DNA from: an uncultured Chloroflexia bacterium | Lineage (GTDB): Bacteria > Chloroflexota > Anaerolineae > B4-G1 > SLSP01 | Reading direction: 5' to 3' | Length of the DNA: 64,000 nucleotides | Assembly: GCA_963751345.1 (NCBI GenBank) | Contig: CAVVUS010000034.1 | Location: 1-64,000, forward strand | In this document: positions 62,995-64,000 of the stretch, piece after piece | Layout: every line of letters starts with the position of its first letter | How positions within the stretch are numbered: position 1 is the stretch's first letter | The notes under the pieces: generated by a model | Database searches by the model: none | The model's input: only the letters and a program-made list of their open reading frames with translations | Told to the model about the DNA's origin: nothing | Position numbers and translations under genes: made by a program

Positions 62995-64000
62995 ATGCAT
63001 CTTGCATTTCTAAATCCCCAGGGGAACTTTGACCCCGAGGATAGTTATTGGACGGAGAATCCGGACTTTGGCGGGCAACTCGTCTACGTCAAACAGGTCG
63101 CCACCGCGACGGCGCAGCTGGGTCATCGCGTTGACATCCTGACCCGGCGGATCATCGATCCTCTGTGGCCGGAGTTCGGTGCGGAAGAGAATAGATACGA
63201 CGACACACCCAATGTGCGCATCCTGCGTCTCCGCGCCGGACCGGACCACTTTCTCCGCAAAGAACTCCTCTGGCCGCACATCATCAGGGATTGGATACCT
63301 AACATCCTGGCCTTCTATGAAGCCGAAGGTCATCTGCCGGCTGCCTTCACAGGGCATTATGCGGATGGAGGGCTGACCGCCGCACTCATCGAAGATAAGG
63401 CGCACGTCCCGTTCACGCTGACTGGGCACTCCCTGGCCGCCCAGAAGATGGACCAGTTGGGCATCACGAGGGACAACCTTGCGGAGTTGGACGACCAGTA
63501 CCGCTTCACCACCCGCTTGATCGCCGAAAGGCTGAGCATGAACCATGCAGCGGTCATCATTGCCAGCACAGAGCAGGAGCGATTCGAGCAGTACGGGCAC
63601 CCCGCGTACCGGGGTGCCGTCGATGTGCACGACGATCGCCGTTTTGCCATTATCCCTCCGGGCGTCGATTTCCAGATCTTCGGATACGACGTCGTGCATC
63701 CGGACGAATTGAACGCTCAAGCGCACGTCCGTGCAATGTTGGCCCGCGATTTGGACGCCGACCGGCAGGCGCTCCCGGCTATCATCGCTTCCAGCCGTCT
63801 GGATCCCAAGAAGAACCAGGTCGGTCTCGTGCGCGCCTATGGACAGACGCCCGAACTCCAGGCACAAGCGAACCTAGTTCTGTTGACCGGCGCCCTCAAC
63901 GATCCTCTCCGGGATGGGGCCGAGGCTAGTTCTGTTGAGAGGGAGGTCCTGACCCGGATCCGTGAGATGGTGGACCGACACCAGCTCTGGGGCAAGATCA
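62995..64000 (+). CDS. Sucrose-phosphate-synthase-like GT4 glycosyltransferase (3' truncated)
   Basis: Manual translation: MHLAFLNPQGNFDPEDSYWTENPDFGGQLVYVKQ...ILTRRI...FLRKELLWPH...HYADGG...TGHSLAAQK...IPPGVD...ASSRLDPKKN. Confidence 0.85.
   Translation, partial: MHLAFLNPQGNFDPEDSYWTENPDFGGQLVYVKQVATATAQLGHRVDILTRRIIDPLWPEFGAEENRYDDTPNVRILRLRAGPDHFLRKELLWPHIIRDWIPNILAFYEAEGHLPAAFTGHYADGGLTAALIEDKAHVPFTLTGHSLAAQKMDQLGITRDNLAELDDQYRFTTRLIAERLSMNHAAVIIASTEQERFEQYGHPAYRGAVDVHDDRRFAIIPPGVDFQIFGYDVVHPDELNAQAHVRAMLARDLDADRQALPAIIASSRLDPKKNQVGLVRAYGQTPELQAQANLVLLTGALNDPLRDGAEASSVEREVLTRIREMVDRHQLWGKI

Overview
GC-rich bacterial chromosome segment with about 50 protein genes. Gene content and style (kinase-FGE fusions, secreted proteins ending in a YLPLVV-type motif, dense intergenic palindromes) suggest Chloroflexota/Anaerolineae; this is inference, not a database result. 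About 1-20 kb and 25-38.5 kb are carbohydrate/sugar-acid catabolic clusters: two enolase-superfamily dehydratases, an oligogalacturonate-lyase-like propeller, DUF5107-TPR, GH140, GH38, TIM-barrel isomerases, DUF1537 kinase + PdxA2, a non-pyrrolysine MttB methyltransferase and MFS transporters. 20-25.4 kb holds a tandem pair of Ser/Thr kinase-FGE-sulfatase genes and a Phd-PIN toxin-antitoxin pair. The rest includes a FecCD-type ABC transporter, ubiX, a large secreted DUF5107/double-glycoside-hydrolase fusion, an M16C peptidase, rph, rplS, secreted S8 and M14 peptidases, and a sucrose-phosphate-synthase-like GT4 running off the right edge. About 20 genes are split by small indels, most likely long-read consensus errors. 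I found no rRNA, tRNA, CRISPR array, transposase, integrase or reverse transcriptase. Best leads: an orphan promoter-to-terminator structured ~105-nt RNA candidate at 58.5 kb, a recurring YLP(L/A)(V/I)(V/L) motif in three secreted proteins (possible sorting signal), the DUF5107/dual-GH fusion, and the MttB-containing sugar-acid cluster.
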